Assembly: GCA_014727975.1 (NCBI GenBank)
Contig: WJMK01000040.1
Location: 1-61,634, forward strand
Direction of reading: 5' to 3'
Length of the DNA stretch: 61,634 bases
Source: Candidatus Micrarchaeota archaeon
GTDB taxonomy: Archaea; Micrarchaeota; Micrarchaeia; Anstonellales; Bilamarchaeaceae
The translations under genes were made by a program, and so were the position numbers. Below the pieces are notes generated by a model. It was not told where the DNA came from. It saw nothing but the letters and a program-made list of their open reading frames with translations, and ran no database searches. Shown here in pieces: positions 1-9,284 of the stretch. The first letter of the stretch is position 1, and each line of letters opens with the position of its first letter.

Positions 1-544
1 CAGGAGGATATTTGAGGTGTATGATGAGTATGGGGTGGAATACCAGAAGACATTCTACCAGGTTATACACCCGTACAGGCTGGAAGTGGGGCAGGCGGAG
101 AGGATACAGCAGGCGGCGATAGTTGCTTATTTAAGGTCCAAGTTCAGGGCGCTGAAGCCCTATCCTGGGGTAACATCTACCCTGCGGAAGCTTAAGAAGA
201 AAACACAGATAGGGATAGTTACGGACGCCCCAAGGAACAAGGCGTGGATGAGGCTGGTGCTTTCCAGGCTGGACAACCTGTTTGAAACTGTAGTTACTAC
301 GGATGACACCCGAAAAAAGAAGCCGCACAGGGCGCCGTTTGAAAGCGCATTGAGGAGAATTAGGATTGATGCAGAAGATGCGCTTTTTGTGGGGGACAAT
401 AATGACAGGGATATGCTGGGCGCAAAAAACCTTGGGATGAAAGTATGTTTGGCTAAATATGGGGAGAAATTCAAGAGAAATAAGAAAGTAAAGCTGGATT
501 ATGAGATTAAGGATTTCAGGGAATTGTTGGAGATAGTAAAATAG
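1..544 (+). CDS. HAD-superfamily (IA-like) phosphatase, 5'-truncated by window edge
   Basis: The frame is open from nt 2. The product carries HAD motif II (IGIVTDA), the motif III Lys (RKKKP) and motif IV (VGDNNDRD). The N-terminal DxDxT motif would lie outside the window. Confidence 0.7.
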   Translation, partial: RRIFEVYDEYGVEYQKTFYQVIHPYRLEVGQAERIQQAAIVAYLRSKFRALKPYPGVTSTLRKLKKKTQIGIVTDAPRNKAWMRLVLSRLDNLFETVVTTDDTRKKKPHRAPFESALRRIRIDAEDALFVGDNNDRDMLGAKNLGMKVCLAKYGEKFKRNKKVKLDYEIKDFRELLEIVK

Positions 545-575
545 GGAAAGGGAAGAAAACAGGGCATGAAGAAAA

Positions 576-3095
576 TTACTCTTCCTCTTCCGGCTTAATC
601 TTTCCGGATTCGAATTTATTGCTGGACACAGTGTAATCAACATCAAGAATTTCCCCTTTTGGGCCAATCTTTATGCTGGAAATGTTTCCGTCTTTTTTAG
701 GGGCGAAAAGCTCTGCGCCAAGAACCCTGGATATCCTTGCCCCTATCGAATATTCATTTCTTCCAGTGGAACAGGAAACAAGGATTACTGTTGGGTTTTT
801 CGCAAAATAGCGCTTTAACCTGCTAAACATCTTCATGTCTGATGAAGTGATATTTGCTCTGCCGCCCTCTGATGAGCCCAAAGAAATTCCTCTAGTGCTC
901 CCGTGGCCACCGATAAGCAAGGCATTTATGGTTCCCCCTAAAGAAAACCTCCCAAAGCTGTTTTTATGCGGGGACAGGAAGTGCCTTATCCTTTCAGGGA
1001 TTTCATTATCGCGGTTAACTTCTATCAAAAATATTTTGTGGGATTTCAGCAATTGCAGCAGTATCTTTGCATCTGAATAAAAGGCCCCATTCCAGTCATG
1101 CTTATTGTATATCACAAATGCGATTGGTGAATTCTTCTTATAATGCGGGTAATCAGAAAAAAACAAATTTATCAGAAGCTCCTCTGGATATCTTCCAAAA
1201 TACTCCAATCCATACTCCTTATGCAACAAGATAGTACGTTTTTCTCCGATGGTCTCCACCGCATATGCAAAATTCAGGCATATTTCGGGGTTTTTGTAAC
1301 CGGCACCGGATTCTTTGGCAATATGCCTTGCATGCCTGAACTTTTCCGGGAAAGAACGGTCATCAGCAAATATGCCTTGTTCTGCAATGACAGAAAGAAG
1401 GGAAAACATGCTTTTTGGGCGGACTCTCCTTTGCCCAAGGAGGAACCTGAAATTATCCAACGAAACTTGGGGGTTTTTTGAGTTTTCCATTAGTGTGGAA
1501 ATACTTCTGAACATCTCTGCCCTGGCTTTCCAGCCGCGCTTGCGCATTACTATCTTGGACAATTCACCAAACTCCTCAAAAATCCCAGGAGAAATTTTTT
1601 CAGTTTTTACGAGTGTTTCTAGGGCATAAACTGCTGTCCCGGAATCCTTCCTTGCCTTTTTCAGCAAAAACCTGAAGCTGTTCCCGAATTCAGCTACTGT
1701 TTCACGCCCAACTCCCTTGGTGAGGGCCAGGGCGTAGATTGCATTTGCCGCATGAGGAGCATCATTGCTTGCATTGCGTAAGGAGAATTTAAGGAGCTTA
1801 AGGACATCTTCATAATGCCCTGTGGCAGCCAGTGCATTGGCAGCATCAGGTAAACAGGTTGACAAATTGGTTTTTTTAAATGCCGAAAAGAGTTGGTCCA
1901 GGTCCTCCAGCATATCAACAAATAAATACACACCGCTTAAGTTCCGGAAATTCCTGCCTTTTGAGATTATCAGGGCAGATTCCAGGAAATCCTCAAGTGC
2001 ACCATAACGGGAAGCGTATTTTTTAAAGTGCTTGCGCAATGCAGATGAAGCACGAGAATCAAAAAACTCCAGGGAATATATTCCTGCAAGGTGCTTGAGG
2101 GCTAACTTCGAAGAAGAATTGGCACTATGGTCTGAACCGATAACGATTCTCAATTCGGAAACAAGGTCCTCAAACATCTGTTCGCTGAAATTTGGGTTCG
2201 TAAAAGAATTCAGCATTACAACTGCGGCATCTTCCTTTCTTGCCCCGAGATATAACATTCGGGAATTGGTGAAAGGCAGATCTTTTCCGTATCTCTGTAC
2301 CTCCTCTTTAAGTTTAGCCCGTACCATCTGCCCAACGCGCTCTGAGAACAATTCAAAGGTTTCATCCATCACAGCAAATATTTCGGAATGGCAGATTTTT
2401 CTTCTAGAAAGCCCATGAAATGCATTGAGAACAAATAGTTTTTCTTCCCTTGGCATATAGCCTAAAACGCCCCTGCCATCAAAAAAGCGCTTCATCTCTT
2501 TGAGAAATTCGGGGGAATATGCGTCACTCCGGAAGATGGATACGGTGTTGCGCAAAATGTCCAGCCCTTCCTTCTCCAGGTGCGGCCCCCCTTCAACCAT
2601 GTCCAATAAAATGTCAAGTTCCTGAGCGCCAACCTTGGGGCACCTGAACAAACGTTCAAGAGTGTACAACGCTTTTTTGGAGCCAACCAGGCCCTCAGTT
2701 CTCTCTAGAACTGAACATATCAGATTGCAGGATTTCTGGAGGTGGTTTTTGCGCAGGTTGCTGTTTCCCATCAGGGCATCAAATACTTCGGAAGGCCAAA
2801 GTGCTGTCTTGTCCTGTTCCAGGTTAAATGGCTCTTCAAGCAGGTAAGCCTCATGTTCAGTGACTGAATATTTTTTGGAAAACTTTTCCCATCTTAAGTC
2901 CTTGGGAGGCTCAGGCTCCGCTTTTGGAAGTTCAGGGGCAAGGGGGCTGTCAGGTATTGCGGGTTCGGGGAGAGCCCTTGGTGCACATGACAGAGAAAGC
3001 ATTCCTGCCAAAGCAGCACCTGCAAGTTTTCTCTTCATTTGCCTGGGCCTTCTGTTTATAAGGGGTTTAATTTGCTTGGGCTTGTCCGGCATCAC
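576..3095 (-). CDS. Lipoprotein with long helical-repeat region and C-terminal CHAT/caspase-like (clan CD) His-Cys domain
   Basis: 839-aa ORF with a basic N-terminus and lipobox-like LSLSC. The C-terminus has beta-strand/His (ALLIGGHGS) and beta-strand/Cys (TVILVSCSTG) motifs spaced as in CHAT/caspase-fold proteases. A TATA-like box lies about 35 nt upstream. Confidence 0.45.
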   Translation of the reverse strand: MMPDKPKQIKPLINRRPRQMKRKLAGAALAGMLSLSCAPRALPEPAIPDSPLAPELPKAEPEPPKDLRWEKFSKKYSVTEHEAYLLEEPFNLEQDKTALWPSEVFDALMGNSNLRKNHLQKSCNLICSVLERTEGLVGSKKALYTLERLFRCPKVGAQELDILLDMVEGGPHLEKEGLDILRNTVSIFRSDAYSPEFLKEMKRFFDGRGVLGYMPREEKLFVLNAFHGLSRRKICHSEIFAVMDETFELFSERVGQMVRAKLKEEVQRYGKDLPFTNSRMLYLGARKEDAAVVMLNSFTNPNFSEQMFEDLVSELRIVIGSDHSANSSSKLALKHLAGIYSLEFFDSRASSALRKHFKKYASRYGALEDFLESALIISKGRNFRNLSGVYLFVDMLEDLDQLFSAFKKTNLSTCLPDAANALAATGHYEDVLKLLKFSLRNASNDAPHAANAIYALALTKGVGRETVAEFGNSFRFLLKKARKDSGTAVYALETLVKTEKISPGIFEEFGELSKIVMRKRGWKARAEMFRSISTLMENSKNPQVSLDNFRFLLGQRRVRPKSMFSLLSVIAEQGIFADDRSFPEKFRHARHIAKESGAGYKNPEICLNFAYAVETIGEKRTILLHKEYGLEYFGRYPEELLINLFFSDYPHYKKNSPIAFVIYNKHDWNGAFYSDAKILLQLLKSHKIFLIEVNRDNEIPERIRHFLSPHKNSFGRFSLGGTINALLIGGHGSTRGISLGSSEGGRANITSSDMKMFSRLKRYFAKNPTVILVSCSTGRNEYSIGARISRVLGAELFAPKKDGNISSIKIGPKGEILDVDYTVSSNKFESGKIKPEEEE

Positions 3096-3206
3096 ATATT
3101 ATTCTGCATAAAAACATTTTTAAACAATTTTAGAAACAGTATTCTCCCGCTTACCCAAAACCAAAATAAAAACGGGAGCATTAAATAAGGTTGCAATACC
3201 TAAAAG

Positions 3207-4370
3207 ATGCACGGAGGAATGAATTTTATGGAAAAAAAGCAGCTTACAATGGGCGTAATAGGAACGTCCAACAAGGAAAATGAGAAGAGAGTTCCTATTG
3301 CACCGGCGGACATGCCCAAAATACCCAGGCAGCTCAGGGAGAGGATATTTGTGGAAAAGGGGTATGGAAAGCGCTTCCAGATGAGGGATGAAAAAATACG
3401 GGAGCTTTTTGGGGGAACAAAAAGCAGGGAGGAGCTGTTCAGGGACTGTGACATAATCCTTCTCCCGAAGCCAACAAAAGAGGACTTCCCCTCATTCAGG
3501 GAAGGACAGGTGCTCTGGGGCTGGCCCCATTGCGTGCAGGGGGAGGAAATCACCCAGCTGGGAATAGACAGGAAGCTCACATATATCGCATGGGAGGGGA
3601 TGTTCTCCTGGAAAAACGGAGTAAGGGGGCTCCACACATTCCATGCAAACAATGAGATGGCAGGGTATGCAAGCGTTGTGCATGCGCTGCAGCTCGCAGG
3701 GATTACCGGGGATTACGGAAGGCCGAGAAAAGCGGCAGTAATCAGCTTCGGCTCAGTCGGAAGGGGCGCGGTACATGCGCTGCAGGGCCTTGGATTCAAG
3801 GACATTGCAATTTATACAAAAAGGCCAAAGTCGCAGGTTCAGGCGCCCATACCTGGAACCTGCAAGAGGCAGTACCGGGACCTGGGAGAAGGAAACGTGG
3901 CAGCAGTAAAGGAAAACGGGGAAGATGTCCCGATGGAAAAGGAGCTTGCAAAATATGATGTGATTGTGAATGCAATACTCCAGGACACTGACAACCCGCT
4001 CATGTTCATAAGAAACAAGGACATTGGGGAATTCAGGCCAGGGACCCTTATCGTGGATGTAAGCTGCGATGACGGGATGGGATTTGAGTTTGCGAAGCCA
4101 ACCTCTTTTGAAAACCCCTCATTTGAAGTGGGGGAAGGGATAATTTACTATGCGGTTGACCACTCCCCAACATATTTCTGGAGAAGTGCATCAGAGGAGA
4201 TAAGCACCGCCCTTTTGCCGTTTATTGAAACAGTTATGGGGGGCAAGGAGAGATGGATGGAAAACGAGACAATCAAAAAGTCCATTGAGCTGCTGGAGGG
4301 GGAAGTAAAAAACCCGAAAATACTGAGCTTCCAGAATCGCTCTGCAGAATACCCCTACCCAAAGCAATAG
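3207..4370 (+). CDS. Alanine dehydrogenase/PNT-family oxidoreductase (carboxyethyl-ornithine synthase-like)
   Basis: 387 aa with a Rossmann motif (VISFGSVGRGAVHALQGLGF) and an AlaDH/PNT-like N-terminal domain (KENEKRVPIAP). A TATA-like cattaaataagg lies about 30 nt upstream of the ATG. Confidence 0.6.
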   Translation: MHGGMNFMEKKQLTMGVIGTSNKENEKRVPIAPADMPKIPRQLRERIFVEKGYGKRFQMRDEKIRELFGGTKSREELFRDCDIILLPKPTKEDFPSFREGQVLWGWPHCVQGEEITQLGIDRKLTYIAWEGMFSWKNGVRGLHTFHANNEMAGYASVVHALQLAGITGDYGRPRKAAVISFGSVGRGAVHALQGLGFKDIAIYTKRPKSQVQAPIPGTCKRQYRDLGEGNVAAVKENGEDVPMEKELAKYDVIVNAILQDTDNPLMFIRNKDIGEFRPGTLIVDVSCDDGMGFEFAKPTSFENPSFEVGEGIIYYAVDHSPTYFWRSASEEISTALLPFIETVMGGKERWMENETIKKSIELLEGEVKNPKILSFQNRSAEYPYPKQ

Positions 4371-4398
4371 AGAATTCCGGGCGCTGCAGGGAAAGCGG

Positions 4399-5244
4399 CT
4401 AATTGGAAGCTGTATTTACAAGCGAGGTATAGCTCAGCCCGGTTCTGCCGGAATAATCGCGGTCCAGCAAAGCAAGGGAAACTTCCCTTACTTTATGCAG
4501 GAAGGCAGCATCTCCGCTCAAATCAAGGAGTTTTTCCCTGGAAAGCCCTAGCCTTTTTTCAAGCCCCGAGATTATCATTGCCGCGGCATTTGCATAAACC
4601 GAGCCCCGGCTTCCCTGTCGGCTGGCCTTGGAAATGAACGAGCGCAGGATTGCGCCTGTTTCTGATTCCGAAAATGCAAGGGAGGCAAGCTCTGCACGGT
4701 ATTCCCCTAATCCTTCATCCTGGCTCTTGAGCCCAATGCAGGAATCAAATGCATGCTGCAGCTCGTGCTGCATAATCTGCTCGCTAAGATTGGTTACTAG
4801 TATCCTGTCCCTGAATGTGGAGCCTGAAAAGCCCCCAAGCGCACCTTGGTCCTCAAGAAGGAAGCCGTTTGCGCTTCCAAGGGAAAACGAATGGGTGGCC
4901 TCAAGCAGGGCACTTTTTCCTTCATGGTAAACGAGCCCAAGGGAAGCGAGATCGGAAAAATGCTTTGTTCTTAAATAATGGGATTGCTCGGAAAAAGTAA
5001 GGCAGGGGTCAAAAAAGCTCTCGAAACGCTCGTCTTCCCCTGCAACTGCAGCAAGCAACTTGGAAGGGGAAGAGGTTTTTATTATGGAAAGAATGGAAAG
5101 CATCTCTTCTATCGCTTTTGGCCTTGGGTCCTTTGCAAGCAGCCTGAGCCTCTTCCCAATCCTCTTTTTTGGAATGCTTTGGGGGCGCACGCCCTTGCGG
5201 TGCCTGAATGCAGCTAATTCTCTAGGAACTGGAGGGGTAGCCAT
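4399..5244 (-). CDS. Hypothetical protein with HExxH zinc-protease motif
   Basis: The only recognisable motif is MQHELQHAFD. I moved the start to Met58 of the track ORF because a TATA-like tttataagc lies about 30 nt upstream of that ATG. Confidence 0.4.
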   Translation of the reverse strand: MATPPVPRELAAFRHRKGVRPQSIPKKRIGKRLRLLAKDPRPKAIEEMLSILSIIKTSSPSKLLAAVAGEDERFESFFDPCLTFSEQSHYLRTKHFSDLASLGLVYHEGKSALLEATHSFSLGSANGFLLEDQGALGGFSGSTFRDRILVTNLSEQIMQHELQHAFDSCIGLKSQDEGLGEYRAELASLAFSESETGAILRSFISKASRQGSRGSVYANAAAMIISGLEKRLGLSREKLLDLSGDAAFLHKVREVSLALLDRDYSGRTGLSYTSLVNTASN

Positions 5245-5476
5245 ATGGAATAGATTGTGTCTATAAGTGCTTATAAATGCATTGATTGCAGGAAAACAAG
5301 GAGGGGAACAACTCCATAAAACGGCCCAGTAGCTCAAAACCATGAGAATGGCCGGGTTCCTGTTTATTTTGCTGGTTGCACCTGGGCTGTTTTTCAATTT
5401 TTTACTGGAAATCAAAGGAATGCCTTGACCATCTCATTTTATATCCTGGCCCTAGAATAATATTTACAACAATTGC

Positions 5477-5692
5477 ATGTGGAGGATTATGCCGGAGGTG
5501 GATGCCTCCATGTGCAAAAATGATTTGATGAATATGGCTACCCTGGATATTGTGCTTAAGGAAGGAACTGATTTTCCCTATGAGATGAGCCAGCAGGAAA
5601 AAAACAAATTGATGAGAGATGTGGTCCACAAGGTCAGAGTCAGCCTTAAGCTCAAAAGCCGGGACAAGATTACAATCCGCATAAGCAAATAG
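5477..5692 (+). CDS. Small hypothetical protein (start may be ATG 5489)
   Basis: 71-aa ORF preceded by two TATA-like boxes (ttttatatcc, aataatattt). No recognisable motif. Confidence 0.3.
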   Translation: MWRIMPEVDASMCKNDLMNMATLDIVLKEGTDFPYEMSQQEKNKLMRDVVHKVRVSLKLKSRDKITIRISK

Positions 5693-5732
5693 TCAGAATT
5701 TTGATGTGTGGGCGACTGGGAACCCCTTCCTC

Positions 5733-6941
5733 CTATCTTTTTCGCCTTCCACGGTATTTTGGAGACTGCTTGCGCCCGCCAGAACTATTCGGGCTTCCGA
5801 GCGGAGATTGCCTGTGCCCTGGGCCCCGTCCGCCGCCCGGAGGCTTTTGGCTCCTGCTGCCTCTGCACCTTCCCTTCCTGTTCCTATGGTTGGGCTTGCG
5901 GGGCTCATCGTAAGAAATTAAATTAATTACTTTGCCTTCTGCGCCCATGCGCCCTGTTCTTCCTACTCGATGCAAATGAGTTTCCTTGTTTTCAGCCTCA
6001 TCAAAATTTACAATGAGGCCTACCTTGTCTATATGCAGGCCGCGGGCAGCAACATTGGTTGCGACCACTGTGGAGATTGATCCATTCTTGAATCCGGAAA
6101 TTACGCGGTTGCGCTTATTCTGCTCCATATTTCCCTGAAGCATCCCAACTCCATCTATTTTCCTTTTCTCAAGCTTCCGCTTAAGCTTCAATACGCCATG
6201 CTTGGTGCGCATGAAAATGAGGGTCTTTACACCGCGGTGGGAATCAAGTATCCTGTGCAGGGTGGAAACCTTGTCCGCATGGGAAAGCTCAATATGCTCT
6301 TCATTTATTGTAGAAACAATCTCCTGGTCCCCAATCTCTATAAACTCGGAATTGGGCATGTAGCGCGAAACAATTCCTTCAATTTGCTTGTCTATTGTTG
6401 CGGAGAAAAGGAGGGTTACGCGCTTGCGGGGGAGTCGGGAAAGGATATCAAGCACTTCCTTCTGGAAGCCTATGTCCAGCATGTGGTCTGCTTCATCCAG
6501 CACAATCATGTTAAAATTGGAGAGGTCGACTCTCCTGCGGTTGCACAAATCCTGGAGCCTCCCCGGAGTTGCGACAAGGATGTCGTATTTCTTTTCAAGG
6601 TTCCGGAGCTGGATGGTTATTTTCTGGCCTCCGTATGCGGAACATGTCCTAAGGCCGTGTTTTGCGCCAAGCTCCTGCATTTCCGCACATACCTGGATTG
6701 CCAGCTCCCGGGTAGGGGTCAGTACAAGGGCTTTTGATGTAGAGCCGGAAATAACCCTCTCCACCAATCCGATTCCAAATGCTGCGGTTTTTCCTGTTCC
6801 GGTCTGGCTGCGCACAACAAGATTGGCCCCATTGATTATTTTGGGAATTGTCTTTTCCTGCACTTCCGTGGGCTGGGTGTAGCCGCACGCCTCTATTGCT
6901 TTCAGGGTTTTGCCTGAAAGCCCTAAATCTATGAATTTCAT
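5733..6941 (-). CDS. DEAD-box ATP-dependent RNA helicase with Arg/Gly-rich C-terminal tail
   Basis: Q-motif (GYTQPTEVQ), motif I SQTGTGKT, motif II DEAD, motif III SAT and motif [10 protein letters not shown]. Confidence 0.92.
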   Translation of the reverse strand: MKFIDLGLSGKTLKAIEACGYTQPTEVQEKTIPKIINGANLVVRSQTGTGKTAAFGIGLVERVISGSTSKALVLTPTRELAIQVCAEMQELGAKHGLRTCSAYGGQKITIQLRNLEKKYDILVATPGRLQDLCNRRRVDLSNFNMIVLDEADHMLDIGFQKEVLDILSRLPRKRVTLLFSATIDKQIEGIVSRYMPNSEFIEIGDQEIVSTINEEHIELSHADKVSTLHRILDSHRGVKTLIFMRTKHGVLKLKRKLEKRKIDGVGMLQGNMEQNKRNRVISGFKNGSISTVVATNVAARGLHIDKVGLIVNFDEAENKETHLHRVGRTGRMGAEGKVINLISYDEPRKPNHRNRKGRCRGSRSQKPPGGGRGPGHRQSPLGSPNSSGGRKQSPKYRGRRKR

Positions 6942-7095
6942 TAGCTCACTTCTGTTTTGAGAAATAGTCTAACCTGCTTTCTTCGCATTGCTTCTTAAAC
7001 CGGGCGCATACTCTTGCCCTCCAGAAACAGTTTCTAAGTCTCTTTTATTGATTGTGTTTGTATGTGTTTATAAATGAGTGCTATGGGCAAAACGC

Positions 7096-7380
7096 CTAAT
7101 ATTCATCCTCTTTTGCAACATATCCGGATTTGTATTCCTCCACAACTGTGGGCTCTTCATCAGATTCCACTACAAAGCGTACCCTGCGCCGCATCCCCAC
7201 TTCCGGGACAAACCGGGAAAGGAAATCCATGGACTTGGAATTGTTGCTCTCGCAGCCCACGTGGCTGTATTTCCTGTTCCCGAGCATCACAATCCGGTTG
7301 AACAAATGCCCTTCAAACGTTTTTTTCATGTGCCCCACCGGTTTTACTTTCAAAAATGAATGGAAGAGGTTATTTTTCAA
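7096..7380 (-). CDS. Hypothetical protein, translationally overlapped with upstream DUF5320 gene
   Basis: 94-aa ORF that overlaps the stop region of 7370..7654 by 11 nt on the same strand. It has an acidic C-terminus and no motif I recognise. Confidence 0.35.
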   Translation of the reverse strand: MKNNLFHSFLKVKPVGHMKKTFEGHLFNRIVMLGNRKYSHVGCESNNSKSMDFLSRFVPEVGMRRRVRFVVESDEEPTVVEEYKSGYVAKEDEY

Positions 7381-7654
7381 GCTCCTTCAGCCGCTGCTCA
7401 ATGTCCTTTTTCTCTGCATCAAGCTCCTTGAGCTCCGCTTTCAGAAAGGAAATCTCCTCTTCCCTTGAAGGGGTTGGGAGTGCCTGGGGTGCAGGACCAT
7501 AATAAGGTCCGCCGTATCCGGCGCCCCTTCCGTATCCGCGGCCATAGCCACGGCCGTAGCCCCCTCCGAATCCTGCCCCCCTGCCGCAGGGGCCCATTCG
7601 CCTCCCGGTGAGGGAGCCGCGCCCAGTTGGTCCTGTTCCGTCTCTTGCTGGCAT
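7370..7654 (-). CDS. DUF5320-family protein (N-terminal Gly/Arg/Tyr repeats + C-terminal coiled coil)
   Basis: The MPARDGTGPTGRG...GYGRGYGRGYGRG N-terminus followed by a KAELKELDAEKKDIEQRLKELEK coil matches the DUF5320 layout. GAGGTGA lies about 12 nt upstream of the ATG. Confidence 0.65.
   Translation of the reverse strand: MPARDGTGPTGRGSLTGRRMGPCGRGAGFGGGYGRGYGRGYGRGAGYGGPYYGPAPQALPTPSREEEISFLKAELKELDAEKKDIEQRLKELEK
7499..7585 (-). repeat. Low-complexity coding repeat (GRG/YGRG units) inside DUF5320 gene
   Basis: The sequence encodes GRGAGFGGGYGRGYGRGYGRGAGYGGPYY. Short ccgtatcc/ccgtagcc-type units are visible on the + strand. Confidence 0.7.
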
Positions 7655-7784
7655 AACATTTCACCTCTTTTTTTGTTAAACTATATTGAATATATATTCA
7701 TTAAAGCATATAAATGTTGTGGAGCAGGGGAAAGACTGCAATAAAAAAGCAAAACGCTTAATAGGTTGGGAAAGAGTTGGTTGC

Positions 7785-9185
7785 ATGAAAAAGCTATTGT
7801 TTCTTGGGTTAATCTGCGCTTTTGCATTCATGCTTTTTGGATGTGCGGCGCCTATGGAAGACGAAGCAGCAGGGCTGCCGGAAGAAGTGGAAGAGCATGA
7901 GGAGTGTCCGCCTGGAGAAGAGGCAGCGCCCCCGATTAAAGAAGCCGAGCCTGAAGAAGGCCCGGAAACCGCTGAACCGGAAGAGGGAACTTCTGCGGAA
8001 GAAAAGCCACTGGGAATTATGTTTATGATTGAGTACCAGGACACTGTGGGGCTCTCCAATTTCGTGAACGAGATGGAAAAAAGGGAGATACCCGGGCTCC
8101 TGATGGTTACCCCTGAATTCGTAAATGCAAACTGTGAAGACATAAAAGAGTTAATCAGGCACGATGTAGAGATAGTTGCGTGCAACGTGGACGAGCCATT
8201 CTGGGATGTACCCTATGAGGAGCAGAAAGAAAGGATAGAGCAGATGACTACGGAGATAGAAAACTGCACGGGTGAACCGGTAAGAATAGTCTCCTCAAGG
8301 TATTTTGCATCCGATATGAACACGGTAAAGGCAGCGGAGGAGCTGGGGATCCCATATGTAACTGCAAGGGGGACAACAACCACAAAGGCAACAGTTTACC
8401 AGCCGGAAGGGTACAATGTAAGCATACTTTCGGTTTCAAACATCCCGCTGGTTACCTTTGAGTACGGAAGCCTCTGCGACTACTCGTTTTTTGAGAGGGC
8501 AGGGACTCCGGAGGACATGCGCGCAGAACTGGACAGGGCAGTGCTCCCCCTGAGCCAGAAGGAGAAGGAGAGGTATGGAGAGGTTGCAAGAGTGACCCCT
8601 GTTTCTCATACGCGCATCGGGGGATACCTGGAGCCCTGGATGGATATGTGGCTTGGATTCTGGGGTGAATCAGATGTTAAATGGGTAGGCCTGGATGAGA
8701 TCATGGAGGAGCCTGACTGGGAACTGCCGCTCTGGCAGGTGCCCATAAACAGGAATGCACCATATAATGAGGAAAAAATAAGGCCTCTTGTTTCATATGA
8801 GGAAGAGGAAAAGGTGCAGAACCCCTGCGCGGCTACGGACATTGGCCCGGAAAATGAACCTGGAGAGGAAGAAGATGCTGAAGAAGAGCCCGCAGAAGAA
8901 ACAGGATATGTGGAAAACAAATTAGTGATGTTCCACAATGGAAAGGGCCCAATGTGCATAGAAGCGCTGCAGTTCATAGAAACCATTGACTACCCTGTGG
9001 AGCAGCACCTGGATACTGAAGAAGGGTTCCGGGAGGACCTGGATGCGCTTAAAGAGACCTATGGGAACAGTGAAGGGATTTCAGAGTCCTATGGGTATTT
9101 CCCCATAATATTTGTGGAGGACAAAGCATATTCAGGGTTCAACGAAGAAATTGAGGACGAGATACTCGCAGTCATTTCCGAGTGA
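7785..9185 (+). CDS. Secreted lipoprotein with acidic Glu/Pro stalk and C-terminal thioredoxin-fold-like domain
   Basis: The start was moved to MKKLLFLGLICAFAFMLFGC (lipobox), which has a TATA-like cgcttaatagg about 30 nt upstream. The stalk reads EEVEEHEECPPGEEAAPPIKEAEPEEGPETAEPEE. Confidence 0.5.
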   Translation: MKKLLFLGLICAFAFMLFGCAAPMEDEAAGLPEEVEEHEECPPGEEAAPPIKEAEPEEGPETAEPEEGTSAEEKPLGIMFMIEYQDTVGLSNFVNEMEKREIPGLLMVTPEFVNANCEDIKELIRHDVEIVACNVDEPFWDVPYEEQKERIEQMTTEIENCTGEPVRIVSSRYFASDMNTVKAAEELGIPYVTARGTTTTKATVYQPEGYNVSILSVSNIPLVTFEYGSLCDYSFFERAGTPEDMRAELDRAVLPLSQKEKERYGEVARVTPVSHTRIGGYLEPWMDMWLGFWGESDVKWVGLDEIMEEPDWELPLWQVPINRNAPYNEEKIRPLVSYEEEEKVQNPCAATDIGPENEPGEEEDAEEEPAEETGYVENKLVMFHNGKGPMCIEALQFIETIDYPVEQHLDTEEGFREDLDALKETYGNSEGISESYGYFPIIFVEDKAYSGFNEEIEDEILAVISE

Positions 9186-9284
9186 ACCCTGCTTTTTTAT
9201 CTTCTTTTTTGTTCTTATTTTGCTTTTTATCAGGTAGTATAACCTTAAATTACCTTTTATTGTAAATATATATGGGTAGAGGCC

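Noticed and set aside
5245-5415. N-terminal 57-residue extension of ORF 4399..5415, and similar extensions at 20912..21424, 25946..26311, 46425..47045, 46799.., 50525.. and 56714..57118.
   Set aside because: The extensions overlap neighbouring genes or promoters and contain the TATA box of the shorter ORF. Internal ATGs give canonical signal peptides or conserved N-termini.
5701-5926. Cluster of overlapping + strand ORFs (5701.., 5706.., 5708..) and the - strand ORF 5693..5908.
   Set aside because: All lie over the GC-rich Arg/Gly tail-coding region of the DEAD-box helicase. They are a compositional artefact.
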